Positions 7,221 through 15,236 of a stretch of 32,000 nucleotides of DNA are shown here, piece after piece. Position numbers and translations under genes: made by a program. A model generated the notes under the pieces. It searched no databases. It saw only the letters and a program-made list of their open reading frames with translations, and had not been told where the DNA came from. This DNA comes from Candidatus Methylomirabilis sp. (GTDB lineage Bacteria > Methylomirabilota > Methylomirabilia > Methylomirabilales > Methylomirabilaceae), in assembly GCF_028716865.1 (NCBI RefSeq), contig NZ_JAQUOY010000011.1:28337-60336 (forward strand). Reading direction: 5' to 3'. Numbering within the stretch: position 1 is the stretch's first letter; every line of letters begins with the position of its first letter.

Positions 7221-8297
7221 TCAATAGATATCCGAATCGCCCATCGTGTAATACCATTGCTTTTTTGCCCACTCGAGGGAGATCTCAGGGCTTGTGGGCA
7301 AGACGACAAACTGATAGATCGTGGTTTCTGGACGAAAGCTCTGCTCTTGCAAAAAGCGATAGGACCAGCTATATGGCGCAAACCACGCCTGTATCTGTCC
7401 CATGCCAGCCCTTCTGGCAATCAGACTACAGTGGGCTAGGAGCGCGAGAGAAGCCCCTGTTACGCGGCTGCTTACCAGCCAATCGACCAGAGCGGCTACG
7501 GGCTCACCGCGTACCCCCATTCGCAGAACCGCCATCCCGGCCGCGATACCCGTAAGGCGATGGTAGGCCACCAGCATCTGATAGCGAACATCTGGACAGT
7601 TAGCGTACCGCCAGTTCAGATACCGGGCGTTACGAATAATTGCTATGGGCAGCTCCGGCCTCACCTGTTCCCAGAGTCTGTCCACCTCCCCTTCAAATCG
7701 ATTGACTTCTTCAACCCGGTAGAGCCTGGCACTCCAGGGAAGTCGATCGCCGTGATCCTGGTCCAGATCCCGTACAAGCGCGACGACCGGATGCAGTGGG
7801 GTATAGCCGGCAACCCGTCGTCCGACTCGCAGGGCCTCCGGCGTCGGGAATCCATATCCACCAGACACTTTATCCGGCCCGCCGTAGTCGGCAATAAACC
7901 GGTTGGCCACGGCGGCAAAAAGGCCAGGCCGCTTCAGGCCGAGTCGAAAGCGTGGATCCACCATGACGTCGATGATCTGGGTGAACACGAGCGTCTTGCC
8001 CCCCCAGACCATTCGGGCAGGCAACCCGGCATACTGTGCCACCACCTCTCCTGATGGGGTCTCTGCCAGCCGTATATACTGCCCCGCCGGGTTTTCTGCA
8101 AACTTCCAGCGCCAGTGGTCGTAGGGGCGCTCGACATGGAAGACCCGCCGAAAGAGATCCAGGATCCGAGTTTCATCGCCGGGTCGGTAGGGACGGATGG
8201 CCCACCGACCTGCGGGATCCTCATAGATGCCGGCCTCTTCAATCGCGGCAGCCTGTTCACCCACGCACCGCTCCTGACAAGAGGGGATGTTGCCCAT
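7221..8297 (-). CDS. GNAT-family N-acyltransferase (long form, about 358 aa)
   Basis: N-terminal GNAT-like region IRPYRPGDETRILDLFRRVF...QIIDVMVDPRFR. The ATG at 8297 overlaps the wzt 3' end by 41 nt. An in-frame GTG near 8263 is an alternative start. Confidence 0.7.
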   Translation of the reverse strand: MGNIPSCQERCVGEQAAAIEEAGIYEDPAGRWAIRPYRPGDETRILDLFRRVFHVERPYDHWRWKFAENPAGQYIRLAETPSGEVVAQYAGLPARMVWGGKTLVFTQIIDVMVDPRFRLGLKRPGLFAAVANRFIADYGGPDKVSGGYGFPTPEALRVGRRVAGYTPLHPVVALVRDLDQDHGDRLPWSARLYRVEEVNRFEGEVDRLWEQVRPELPIAIIRNARYLNWRYANCPDVRYQMLVAYHRLTGIAAGMAVLRMGVRGEPVAALVDWLVSSRVTGASLALLAHCSLIARRAGMGQIQAWFAPYSWSYRFLQEQSFRPETTIYQFVVLPTSPEISLEWAKKQWYYTMGDSDIY

Positions 8298-9492
8298 CAG
8301 GATCAGAGGGTACCTCTACCTCCCACCGGTGCTCCAAATGGCACAGCCCCAACGCCTGGATATTTTGCACGACCTGGAATGTGAACTCCCGTTCCCGCTG
8401 ATGGTAGAAGTGCACACCATGATCGTCCAACAGGAAGACAGAGATCGCATACTCTCCTGACATCAAAGGCAGGGCAGGAAAACGCAGGCGGATGCTTCCG
8501 GAGTGCGCAGGGGGTTTCACGTTGGCGACATGCGTACCTGTCCCAAAGACCTCCACGCCGTCATTACGGTACAAGACCACGCCCAAGTGGACGGGGGTCG
8601 GAGGGTCAGGAACCTCATACTGAACGGTAATCGCCAGCTCATCTCCTGTCATGAATTGATCACACTCGGCATCCTCTCCGTCGCGGCTGAGCCTGACCCT
8701 CGAGATCCAGGGGAAGGTCCGTGGGCCTTGGTCCACACGGATGACAGGTACTCTGGGAAGCTCTCGTTCCCGCAGATAGTTCTCGTACATCCCCACTACC
8801 CGCGATGTCTGTCCGACCATCGCCACTTGTCCATCCCTCAGCCAGATCGTCTCATCGCAAATCGACAAGACCTGATAGAGGTTATGCGAGCAGAACAGAA
8901 TCGTCTTGCCCGACCGCCTGAACTGTTCGATCCTGTCGATGCAGCGCTTCTGGAAGTACTGGTCCCCCACTGAGAGGGCCTCGTCGATGATCAGGATATC
9001 GGGATCGACGCTCGTGGCCACCGCAAATGCCAGCCGGACGTACATGCCGCTCGAGTACATCTTCACCGGTCGCTCGATAAAGTCGCCGATCTCGGCAAAG
9101 TCGGCAATCTCAGGGAATCGTCGCCCCATCTCCTTCTGGCTGATCCCCATGATGGCGCCGCTCATAAACGCGTTCTCGCGGCCCGTAAACTCCGGGTTAA
9201 ACCCGGCGCCCAGTTCCAGGATAGTAGAAATGCGGCCTTTTAACGATACGTTGCCGGAGGTGGGACGGAGCGTGCCAGCCACCAGTTGCAAGAGGGTACT
9301 CTTGCCTGCGCCATTATCGCCGATCAGCCCAACAGTTGAACCAACCCCAGCCCGGAAGCTCACATCTCGCAGCGCCCAGAACGCCTGGTGATAGGTCCGT
9401 CGACCCCGAAGGAGGTACTCCTTGAGGCGGTCCTTCGGGTTGGAGTAGATCCGGTAGACCTTGGAGAGTTCGGAGACCTCGATGGCGTACAT
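8257..9492 (-). CDS. wzt: Polysaccharide ABC exporter ATP-binding protein Wzt, with a C-terminal glycan-binding (Wzt_C-like) domain
   Basis: Walker A GDNGAGKST, signature YSSGMYVRLAFA, Walker B ILIIDEALSVGD. N-terminus MYAIEVSELSKVYRIY... is typical of Wzt/TagH. A C-terminal extension of about 150 aa is beta-rich. I trimmed the start from the track ORF (9594) to the ATG at 9492, which overlaps the wzm TGA (TGATG). Confidence 0.9.
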   Translation of the reverse strand: MYAIEVSELSKVYRIYSNPKDRLKEYLLRGRRTYHQAFWALRDVSFRAGVGSTVGLIGDNGAGKSTLLQLVAGTLRPTSGNVSLKGRISTILELGAGFNPEFTGRENAFMSGAIMGISQKEMGRRFPEIADFAEIGDFIERPVKMYSSGMYVRLAFAVATSVDPDILIIDEALSVGDQYFQKRCIDRIEQFRRSGKTILFCSHNLYQVLSICDETIWLRDGQVAMVGQTSRVVGMYENYLRERELPRVPVIRVDQGPRTFPWISRVRLSRDGEDAECDQFMTGDELAITVQYEVPDPPTPVHLGVVLYRNDGVEVFGTGTHVANVKPPAHSGSIRLRFPALPLMSGEYAISVFLLDDHGVHFYHQREREFTFQVVQNIQALGLCHLEHRWEVEVPSDPDGQHPLLSGAVRG

Positions 9493-10301
9493 CAGATCAC
9501 GTCGGCGAACGCCGGCTGCATTCGCCTGAAGATCTGGTGGCCTATCACAAAGGTCGTGAGCGCGCACACGCCCAGGACCGCCAAGCTCGGCCACGCCGGG
9601 GGGCGCCCCAGGAGGACCAGACTCCGGTAGGCTTCAACGACGGCGTACATCGGATTCATGCTCAGGAGGATGCGCCATTCCGCCGGCACCAGAGTCGGCG
9701 GATAAAATATCGGTGTCAGGAAGAGCCACAGGGTAAGTCCCACCCCCATGATCTGTCCAAGATCCCTAATGAAGACTGTGGTCCCTGCCACGATCCAGGC
9801 TAACCCGACAGTGAAGGCGACCTGGAGGAGCAGGACCGCGGGAAGCGCCAGTACCAAGGGGCTAAAGTGATGGCCGGTGAACAGCAGCACGGCGAACAGA
9901 ATCGCCAGTCCGATTAACTCATTGACAATCCCGGAGACCACCAAGTATACGGGCAGGATTTCAGCCGGAAAGATGGTCCGCTTAATCAGGTTCGCGTGCT
10001 CCAGGACCACACCGCTGGAGCGGTTCAACGCCTCAGCGAAGGCGTTCCAGGGCAGCATTCCACAGAAGAGGTAGATCGCAAAATTTCCCGTCCCTTCCTC
10101 GGCCCCCACGCGTACCTTGAGGATCTTCGAGAAGACAAAGCTGTACAGGACCAGCATGATGAGGGGGTGAATAACTGACCAGAAGAGGCCAATGGCTGAA
10201 CCCTTGTAGCGAGCCATCAGGTCCCGCTTGACAAAGTTGCCGATCAACGAGCTATGGCGCCAAAGCCAAACGAACGAACCCACGTTCCTCCTGTATCCCA
10301 C
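9492..10301 (-). CDS. wzm: ABC-2 type polysaccharide exporter permease Wzm
   Basis: Six predicted hydrophobic segments. N-terminal motif LIGNFVKRDLMARYKGSAIGLFWSVIHPL is typical of Wzm/TagG. The start is a GTG at 10301. I saw no in-frame ATG in the N-terminal part of the ORF, so the exact start is uncertain. Confidence 0.88.
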   Translation of the reverse strand: MGYRRNVGSFVWLWRHSSLIGNFVKRDLMARYKGSAIGLFWSVIHPLIMLVLYSFVFSKILKVRVGAEEGTGNFAIYLFCGMLPWNAFAEALNRSSGVVLEHANLIKRTIFPAEILPVYLVVSGIVNELIGLAILFAVLLFTGHHFSPLVLALPAVLLLQVAFTVGLAWIVAGTTVFIRDLGQIMGVGLTLWLFLTPIFYPPTLVPAEWRILLSMNPMYAVVEAYRSLVLLGRPPAWPSLAVLGVCALTTFVIGHQIFRRMQPAFADVI

Positions 10302-10336
10302 ATGTGTACACAGCCGAACAGCACGACGTGAAATTT

Positions 10337-10366
10337 AATATACTAAGGATTAGCGCAGAGCGTCAA
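10337..10366 (-). promoter_or_regulatory. Candidate sigma70-type promoter for the wzm operon
   Basis: On the minus strand: TTGACG (10366-10361), an 18-nt spacer, then TATATT (10342-10337). This lies about 35 nt upstream of the wzm GTG. Pattern match only. Confidence 0.35.
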
Positions 10367-10397
10367 GGAAAACAGGCGTCCGATGGTCGTTCTAGCG

Positions 10398-10436
10398 TTG
10401 CCTGTCAAATTTGCCTGTCAAATTGTCCCTTGACAG
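10398..10436. repeat. Tandem 13-nt direct repeat (TTGCCTGTCAAAT x2) plus an inverted half-site; operator-like
   Basis: 10398-10410 and 10411-10423 are identical. CTGTCAA (10402-10408 and 10415-10421) is the reverse complement of TTGACAG (10430-10436), which overlaps the -35 of the plus-strand promoter. The repeats lie between two divergent promoters. Confidence 0.6.
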
Positions 10437-10457
10437 AGCGTGTCACCCATGTATGAT
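10430..10457 (+). promoter_or_regulatory. Near-consensus sigma70-type promoter facing the PhyH-SCP2 gene
   Basis: TTGACA (10430-10435), a 16-nt spacer, then TATGAT (10452-10457). This is about 180 nt upstream of the ATG at 10639. Confidence 0.45.
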
Positions 10458-10638
10458 AACGCCACCGCGAGATACCCCCCTTGGCATCGGCTATTCGGAA
10501 AAAGGTGTCCGACGAAGTGGCGATGGGAAGCCGGTAGCAGGCTTTCTGGTAGTCGCCTCGACCATGTGATAATGTCGTTCGACTACGCATGAATAATTCG
10601 ATCGATCAAGGCCGGCAGCAGAAAGAGGAGCGTATTCG

Positions 10639-11934
10639 ATGCTGACTGTCGAGGAAGTGTATCACTTCGATCTCAAGGGCTACGTTCTGGTCAAGCACGC
10701 GTTCGAGCCGGACGTGATACGCGCACTCCACGACCAGCTCTGTGAGCTCGAACACGTCGAAAAGGAACAACTTCCACCACAGTGCATCCCCCACTGGACC
10801 CCGGTCGTCAACGAGTACCGCATTATGAACATTGTTGAATGCGGCAATCTCTTCATTCAACTCATCGATCATCCCCAGATTCTCAGTCGGGTCGAAGCCC
10901 TCGTGCCAGGGCCAATCCGCCTCACCGAAGCATACAGCATCTCGCGAAGGCGGGGGATCGGTCTTCCCCTCCACGCAACTCCCATTGCCCAATACCGCAT
11001 GACGCCATCGGGTCCGAAGTCCTTCCATGTCAAGGCCATCATCAATCTGACGGATTGCGGACCGGAGGACGGGCCGCTCGTCGTCTTCGAAGGCACACAC
11101 AAGCTGGGCATCCCCTTCCCGTACTCTATCATTCATCCGGACTGGCCCACACCCGCACATGATGTGGCCATGGCTCAGGCCTACCTCAAGGCTGACGGGT
11201 CCGCACCTACCGTAAAGGTTCCATGGGAACAGATCCCAGGGTACAAGGAGGTGTACGCTGAGGCCGGCGATCTCCTGATATTCACGGAAGATCTCTGGCA
11301 CGGGGCCAAGGAGTTACGGTCTGACCGTACTCGACGGACCCTCTACTTTGCCTATAGCCCTTACCATTTTGCCACCTGGCACGGTGTCGAATATTCTGCG
11401 GAGTTGAAGCAAAGGGTCACCGAGCGGCAGCGCCATCTTTTATCCGGGCCATTCATCGGGAGCTTTTACGAAGGCGCAGACATCGCATCCCGCGTGCCTA
11501 AGGATGTGCCATTTCAAATCTTGCCGAACTCCGAACGATGGTCAACCTGGGGGAAGGATAACCCCCCGGTGCCCTCACCCCCCTCACCTCAAGAGGGTCT
11601 TCTCGCGGAAACCCTTCGAGACATTTTTGAGCGCACGCTCCCACAGCGCCTTGCGGCTCACCCCGAACTTGCGATGGCGCACCTCGGAATTTGCCAGTTG
11701 ATTATCTCGGGGGAGAACGGGGGAAAATGGTTCCTGGACCTGACCGACCGGAACGGACACGTAATCCCTGGTGAATGCGACACACCTGACTGCGTGGTAG
11801 AGGTCAGCTCACAGGATTTCGTCGGCCTTTTCACGGGAAAGGCGGAGCCGGCTGAGCTCTTTTACCAGGGCAGACTCGCCATACGGGGCAACATCAGCGT
11901 GGCCATGCAGATGGCCACGCTGTGGGGAGAGTAG
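10639..11934 (+). CDS. Phytanoyl-CoA dioxygenase (PhyH) family Fe(II)/2-oxoglutarate oxygenase fused to a C-terminal SCP2 sterol/lipid-carrier domain
   Basis: SD AGAGGAG lies 8 nt before the ATG. PhyH-like blocks FDLKGYVLVKHAF, DGPLVVFEGTHK, AGDLLIFTEDLWHGA...R. The C-terminal roughly 100 aa are SCP2-like (GGKWFLDL...DCVVEVSSQDFVGLFTGKAEPAELFYQGRLAIRGNISVAMQMATLW). Confidence 0.85.
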   Translation: MLTVEEVYHFDLKGYVLVKHAFEPDVIRALHDQLCELEHVEKEQLPPQCIPHWTPVVNEYRIMNIVECGNLFIQLIDHPQILSRVEALVPGPIRLTEAYSISRRRGIGLPLHATPIAQYRMTPSGPKSFHVKAIINLTDCGPEDGPLVVFEGTHKLGIPFPYSIIHPDWPTPAHDVAMAQAYLKADGSAPTVKVPWEQIPGYKEVYAEAGDLLIFTEDLWHGAKELRSDRTRRTLYFAYSPYHFATWHGVEYSAELKQRVTERQRHLLSGPFIGSFYEGADIASRVPKDVPFQILPNSERWSTWGKDNPPVPSPPSPQEGLLAETLRDIFERTLPQRLAAHPELAMAHLGICQLIISGENGGKWFLDLTDRNGHVIPGECDTPDCVVEVSSQDFVGLFTGKAEPAELFYQGRLAIRGNISVAMQMATLWGE

Positions 11935-11982
11935 CCCACCCGCCCTCACGCCTGGCCTCGATCGTATCGCCCTTCAATCAGC

Positions 11983-12756
11983 TCAGCGAGTTGGCTTACG
12001 AAGGTGAATGGCGGCGAATGAATACGCCGCAATGCGATAGTCGAATCCATCCACAGTCTTGACAATAGCCTTGACCGGGGGACCATTGTCGGAATCAAAC
12101 ACGGGCTCAGAGAACCCTTCCCCGACAAGCTCCATACCGGATGGCCGAATAATCTGCTCATCTATCTCTTCGATTGAGATGGGAGGATCGCCGACCATCC
12201 GGCCGCCTTCGCCGTAATCAAACGTCATGAGGAGGGAGGCGCCTGGCCTCATGACCCTGCGCATCTCCGACCAGAAGAGTGGCCGATGCTTCCGCAAGAT
12301 CCCCTCGAAGACCGAAATTGAAATGACGCAGTCAAACCGCGCGTCGCCAAATGGCCACTCCTTACCGCTGTAGTGGACGCCCCTCAGTCGCGAATCCCAT
12401 CCCAGGACACGGCTATTGCTGTTGATCAGCTCTATCATCCGCTGGTCAATGTCTAGGATTGAGACGCTGTGGCCTTCTCCCGCCAAGTAGTAACAGATTG
12501 GGCTATTACCTCCCCCGAAGTCCAGGATCGTCCTGACGGGCATCGAGGTTCTCAGGCGGTCCAGTTCCAGCAGGACGTGAGCGTTTTCCCACTCGCGGGC
12601 GAAATCTAGCCTGACCGGCAGACCCAACTGTATGACTCGGTCCACGAGGGCTTGCAGAACCGCACTCTTGGCCAGATATTCCGGCCTTGACAGATCGTCC
12701 CGAAACAACCGAAGGATTCGATTAAAACCACATAATGAACGATGATTCATGGTCAT
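11983..12756 (-). CDS. Class I SAM-dependent methyltransferase
   Basis: Motif I ILDFGGGNSPICYYLAGEGHSVSILDID; post-I/II FDCVISISVFE. The track ORF starts at a GTG at 12780. I prefer the ATG at 12756, which has GGGAG 7 nt upstream. Confidence 0.8.
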   Translation of the reverse strand: MTMNHRSLCGFNRILRLFRDDLSRPEYLAKSAVLQALVDRVIQLGLPVRLDFAREWENAHVLLELDRLRTSMPVRTILDFGGGNSPICYYLAGEGHSVSILDIDQRMIELINSNSRVLGWDSRLRGVHYSGKEWPFGDARFDCVISISVFEGILRKHRPLFWSEMRRVMRPGASLLMTFDYGEGGRMVGDPPISIEEIDEQIIRPSGMELVGEGFSEPVFDSDNGPPVKAIVKTVDGFDYRIAAYSFAAIHLRKPTR

Positions 12757-12776
12757 GGCCACACTCCCGAACCATC

Positions 12777-14501
12777 TCACCGAGGAGGGAAGGTCCCGTC
12801 ATCAGACGGGGAAGACGGCAGTCGCTCCTGGATCACCTGGTAGATGATGACTGCGCGGCCCTGCTGCTCGCTCAGCACATGCACAGGGACTAGCTCTGTG
12901 AGCGCCCTGATCCTGTCAGGCTCGTACAAGAGGAAACGGAGCTGGGGCCGGAGACGGCCGGCAAAGATCTCGTCCATCACCAAAAATGAGACCCGCTGCT
13001 CTCGCAAGCTCCGGAGCAACCCCTCGTAATCAGTGTACGGGAGCGGGACCCAAGACCGCTCGGCGTAAAACGCTGGCATCGGCTTGCGAGCCATGATGAC
13101 GGCATCAGGCGCGGTGTGGGTCTTCAACCAGAGGCCAGCCTGTTGCAGCTCGATCGGTTCGCTCCAAGGGGTGCGCTGAAGATACGCGGCAAGTTCCCGA
13201 CCGGACCAGGCCAGGATGACGACGGCGGCCGTGACAGAGAGGGCCAGGCCCGCCCGCTTCACCATAGCCTCGGTTCTCTCCTGCCGAAGCAACTTGGGCA
13301 GGTAAGAGCCGGCCCACCTCGTCCCCTCCAACGCGAGGAGCACGAAAACCGGGATCAGTGGCGCCATATACCTGAGCTCGACATGGCCGAGGGGGTAGGC
13401 AAAGAATGGCGCAAGCATCGAGAGGTAGACAATCCCCCGCTTCCTGGCCTCATCCCCGCCCCACGCCAGGCACATCAGCACAATCAGCCCGAGGACAACC
13501 AACGCCAGCGGGAAGACGAAATGGGCCAACTGCAGGCCGAGGAAAAGCTGATGGCGATACGCCGTGAGCATCGGGAGCGGATGGCGCAGGAACGACGTGA
13601 ACAGCCCCGACTCCTCGGGCACAGCGGCCCTATCCGCACCGTACAGCAGGCGTTCGTAGTTCTCCACCTTCTGCGCCGGATCGTATGCGCTGTAGGCCTC
13701 CCGAATCAGCACGTTTGGATCGACCTTGTTGGAGAGCCGCCACTGCCCCGTGTGGGAGTGAATCGAAATCCAGTACGGGCCGGCGAGCAGCAAAAACCCC
13801 AGCGTCACTGCGGCACATCTGGCCATCGCGGGACGGGACTGGAAACGCCCTGCCGCCAGCGTGGCAAAGCTGAGCAGGAGCAGCGTGAGCACGGTGGCGA
13901 TCCCCGGGATCCTCGTCAGAAATGCCAGGCCAAGGACCACGCCAGAAGCTACCGCGACAGGCAGACTCCCGCCTTGGTGCGCCCTCCAGAAGCACAGCAT
14001 GGCCAGCATGATGAGGCAGAGATACAGGGCCTCGGAGAACGGGTGAGTGCTGTAATATATAATTTGGGGATGGACAGCGACGAGTAGGGCCGCCAGCAGC
14101 GCGAGCAGACGGCTACCGAACAACTCATAGGCGAGTAAGAATACGAGGCCGATCGCGATGCTTCCGGAGAGGAGCGAGATCGCCTTTCCGGCCCCTTCGT
14201 AATTGCCTCCGAAGATCGGCGCGACCAGGTTCAACAGCAGTGACAGGAGCGGCTCTTTATAGACCTTGCCTACTGCCCCGATCCCCTCCTGTCGCAATGT
14301 CTTGGCGCCTTCTACCCAGACATAGAAGTCGTAATCGATCATGTAGCTGTAACTGAGAAAGAGGAGATAAAGACCGAAGGCGCTCAGCGTCACAGCGGCC
14401 GCAAGCCACGGTGGCAGGAGCCAGCGGCTCGCCGCCCAGGCGGAACCGCCGGTCGGCTTCTGCGGAGGCGCTATACCGTTTCTGTGAACCTTGCGATCCA
14501 C
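12777..14501 (-). CDS. GT-C fold membrane glycosyltransferase (GT39/GT83, PMT_2/ArnT-like)
   Basis: About 12 hydrophobic segments followed by a C-terminal soluble domain of about 130 aa. Size and layout fit ArnT/PMT_2 proteins. GTG start at 14501. The stop lies a few nt from, or overlaps, the methyltransferase start. Confidence 0.7.
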   Translation of the reverse strand: MDRKVHRNGIAPPQKPTGGSAWAASRWLLPPWLAAAVTLSAFGLYLLFLSYSYMIDYDFYVWVEGAKTLRQEGIGAVGKVYKEPLLSLLLNLVAPIFGGNYEGAGKAISLLSGSIAIGLVFLLAYELFGSRLLALLAALLVAVHPQIIYYSTHPFSEALYLCLIMLAMLCFWRAHQGGSLPVAVASGVVLGLAFLTRIPGIATVLTLLLLSFATLAAGRFQSRPAMARCAAVTLGFLLLAGPYWISIHSHTGQWRLSNKVDPNVLIREAYSAYDPAQKVENYERLLYGADRAAVPEESGLFTSFLRHPLPMLTAYRHQLFLGLQLAHFVFPLALVVLGLIVLMCLAWGGDEARKRGIVYLSMLAPFFAYPLGHVELRYMAPLIPVFVLLALEGTRWAGSYLPKLLRQERTEAMVKRAGLALSVTAAVVILAWSGRELAAYLQRTPWSEPIELQQAGLWLKTHTAPDAVIMARKPMPAFYAERSWVPLPYTDYEGLLRSLREQRVSFLVMDEIFAGRLRPQLRFLLYEPDRIRALTELVPVHVLSEQQGRAVIIYQVIQERLPSSPSDDGTFPPR

Positions 14502-14651
14502 GAGGTCAACCGGCGAAAGTAGCCGCCTCGCCTCGTAGACAGCGGCATTGACGACGATGAACTATTGCCAGTATACTCACTGCTTCCGACCTCTACCATG
14601 CACTGCACGGATGTCCAACACCGTACACCCTACCCAGAGAGGAGATCTACC

Positions 14652-15230
14652 ATGATACGACACGCAACGCAATGGATTGCACTGCTTGCCCTCGCCGCGC
14701 TGAGCGTGGCATGCGCCACCTCCCCGCAAACAGGTTCCCAGGATTCCCTCACCGACACGCTCACCAGACTTCAGGAGCGGCAGGCCGCCGGCCGCGTCGG
14801 CGCCATCCACGGCTACCACTTCTTCTCCGGCCCGGATGTGGCAACGCGCTTCAAAAACGGCCTGGTCTCCCTCATTCCACTCTCCCCTGACCTCGAGGCG
14901 GCCATCACCCAGGCGCACGAGGCATACGCGACCGATCGCCTCGCTCCTCTCGCCCCACAGGTCGTTCAACAGCGCTTTGCCATCCTGGACGACTACGTCC
15001 GCGAGGTCAAGCAACGTGGACTCGGCGCTATGATCCGGGTAACCACCACCGATCCGAAGGAGGCCCGCTATGACTTCACTGATGTGCCGGAGGGCCGCTG
15101 GCTCCTGGTCGCCGAGGTCACCTCGCGGGTCTCCGTCCTGTACTGGGCGGTCCCGATTGAGGTCCGCGCCGGGGAAGCCCTCGCGCAGAACCTGTACGAA
15201 TCCAACATCTGGGTCGAAGGCCTAAAGTAA
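14652..15230 (+). CDS. Exported protein, possibly a lipoprotein, unknown function
   Basis: I chose the internal ATG at 14652, with GGAG about 8 nt upstream. Signal peptide MIRHATQWIALLALAALSVAC|ATS. The C-terminal segment TTTDPKEARYDFTDVPEGRWLLVAEV resembles a carboxypeptidase-regulatory-like beta-sandwich motif. Confidence 0.6.
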   Translation: MIRHATQWIALLALAALSVACATSPQTGSQDSLTDTLTRLQERQAAGRVGAIHGYHFFSGPDVATRFKNGLVSLIPLSPDLEAAITQAHEAYATDRLAPLAPQVVQQRFAILDDYVREVKQRGLGAMIRVTTTDPKEARYDFTDVPEGRWLLVAEVTSRVSVLYWAVPIEVRAGEALAQNLYESNIWVEGLK

Positions 15231-15236
15231 AAACAA

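Noticed and set aside
4872-8297. The GT4 + PIG-L deacetylase + GNAT trio as a mycothiol/bacillithiol-like (MshA/MshB/MshD) low-molecular-weight thiol pathway
   Set aside because: The enzyme classes match superficially. However, no Cys ligase (MshC/BshC-like) is present, the genes sit inside a wzm-wzt operon, and the GT4 carries a coiled-coil tail unlike MshA/BshA. Glycan modification is the more economical reading.
9493-9594. N-terminal 34-codon extension of the wzt track ORF
   Set aside because: It lies inside the wzm coding region. The ATG at 9492 gives the canonical Wzt N-terminus and a TGATG coupling junction.
10606-11301. 231-aa ORF on the - strand, and the 61-aa ORF at 10405..10590
   Set aside because: The first is antisense to the well-supported PhyH domain. 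The second lies in the promoter and repeat region, with no SD and an implausible composition.
13116-14087. 323-aa ORF on the + strand
   Set aside because: It lies entirely antisense to the GT39-like membrane protein. Its translation is Arg/Pro/Gly/Gln/Glu-rich low-complexity sequence, typical of shadow ORFs in GC-rich DNA. The opposite-strand product has a coherent multi-TM architecture.
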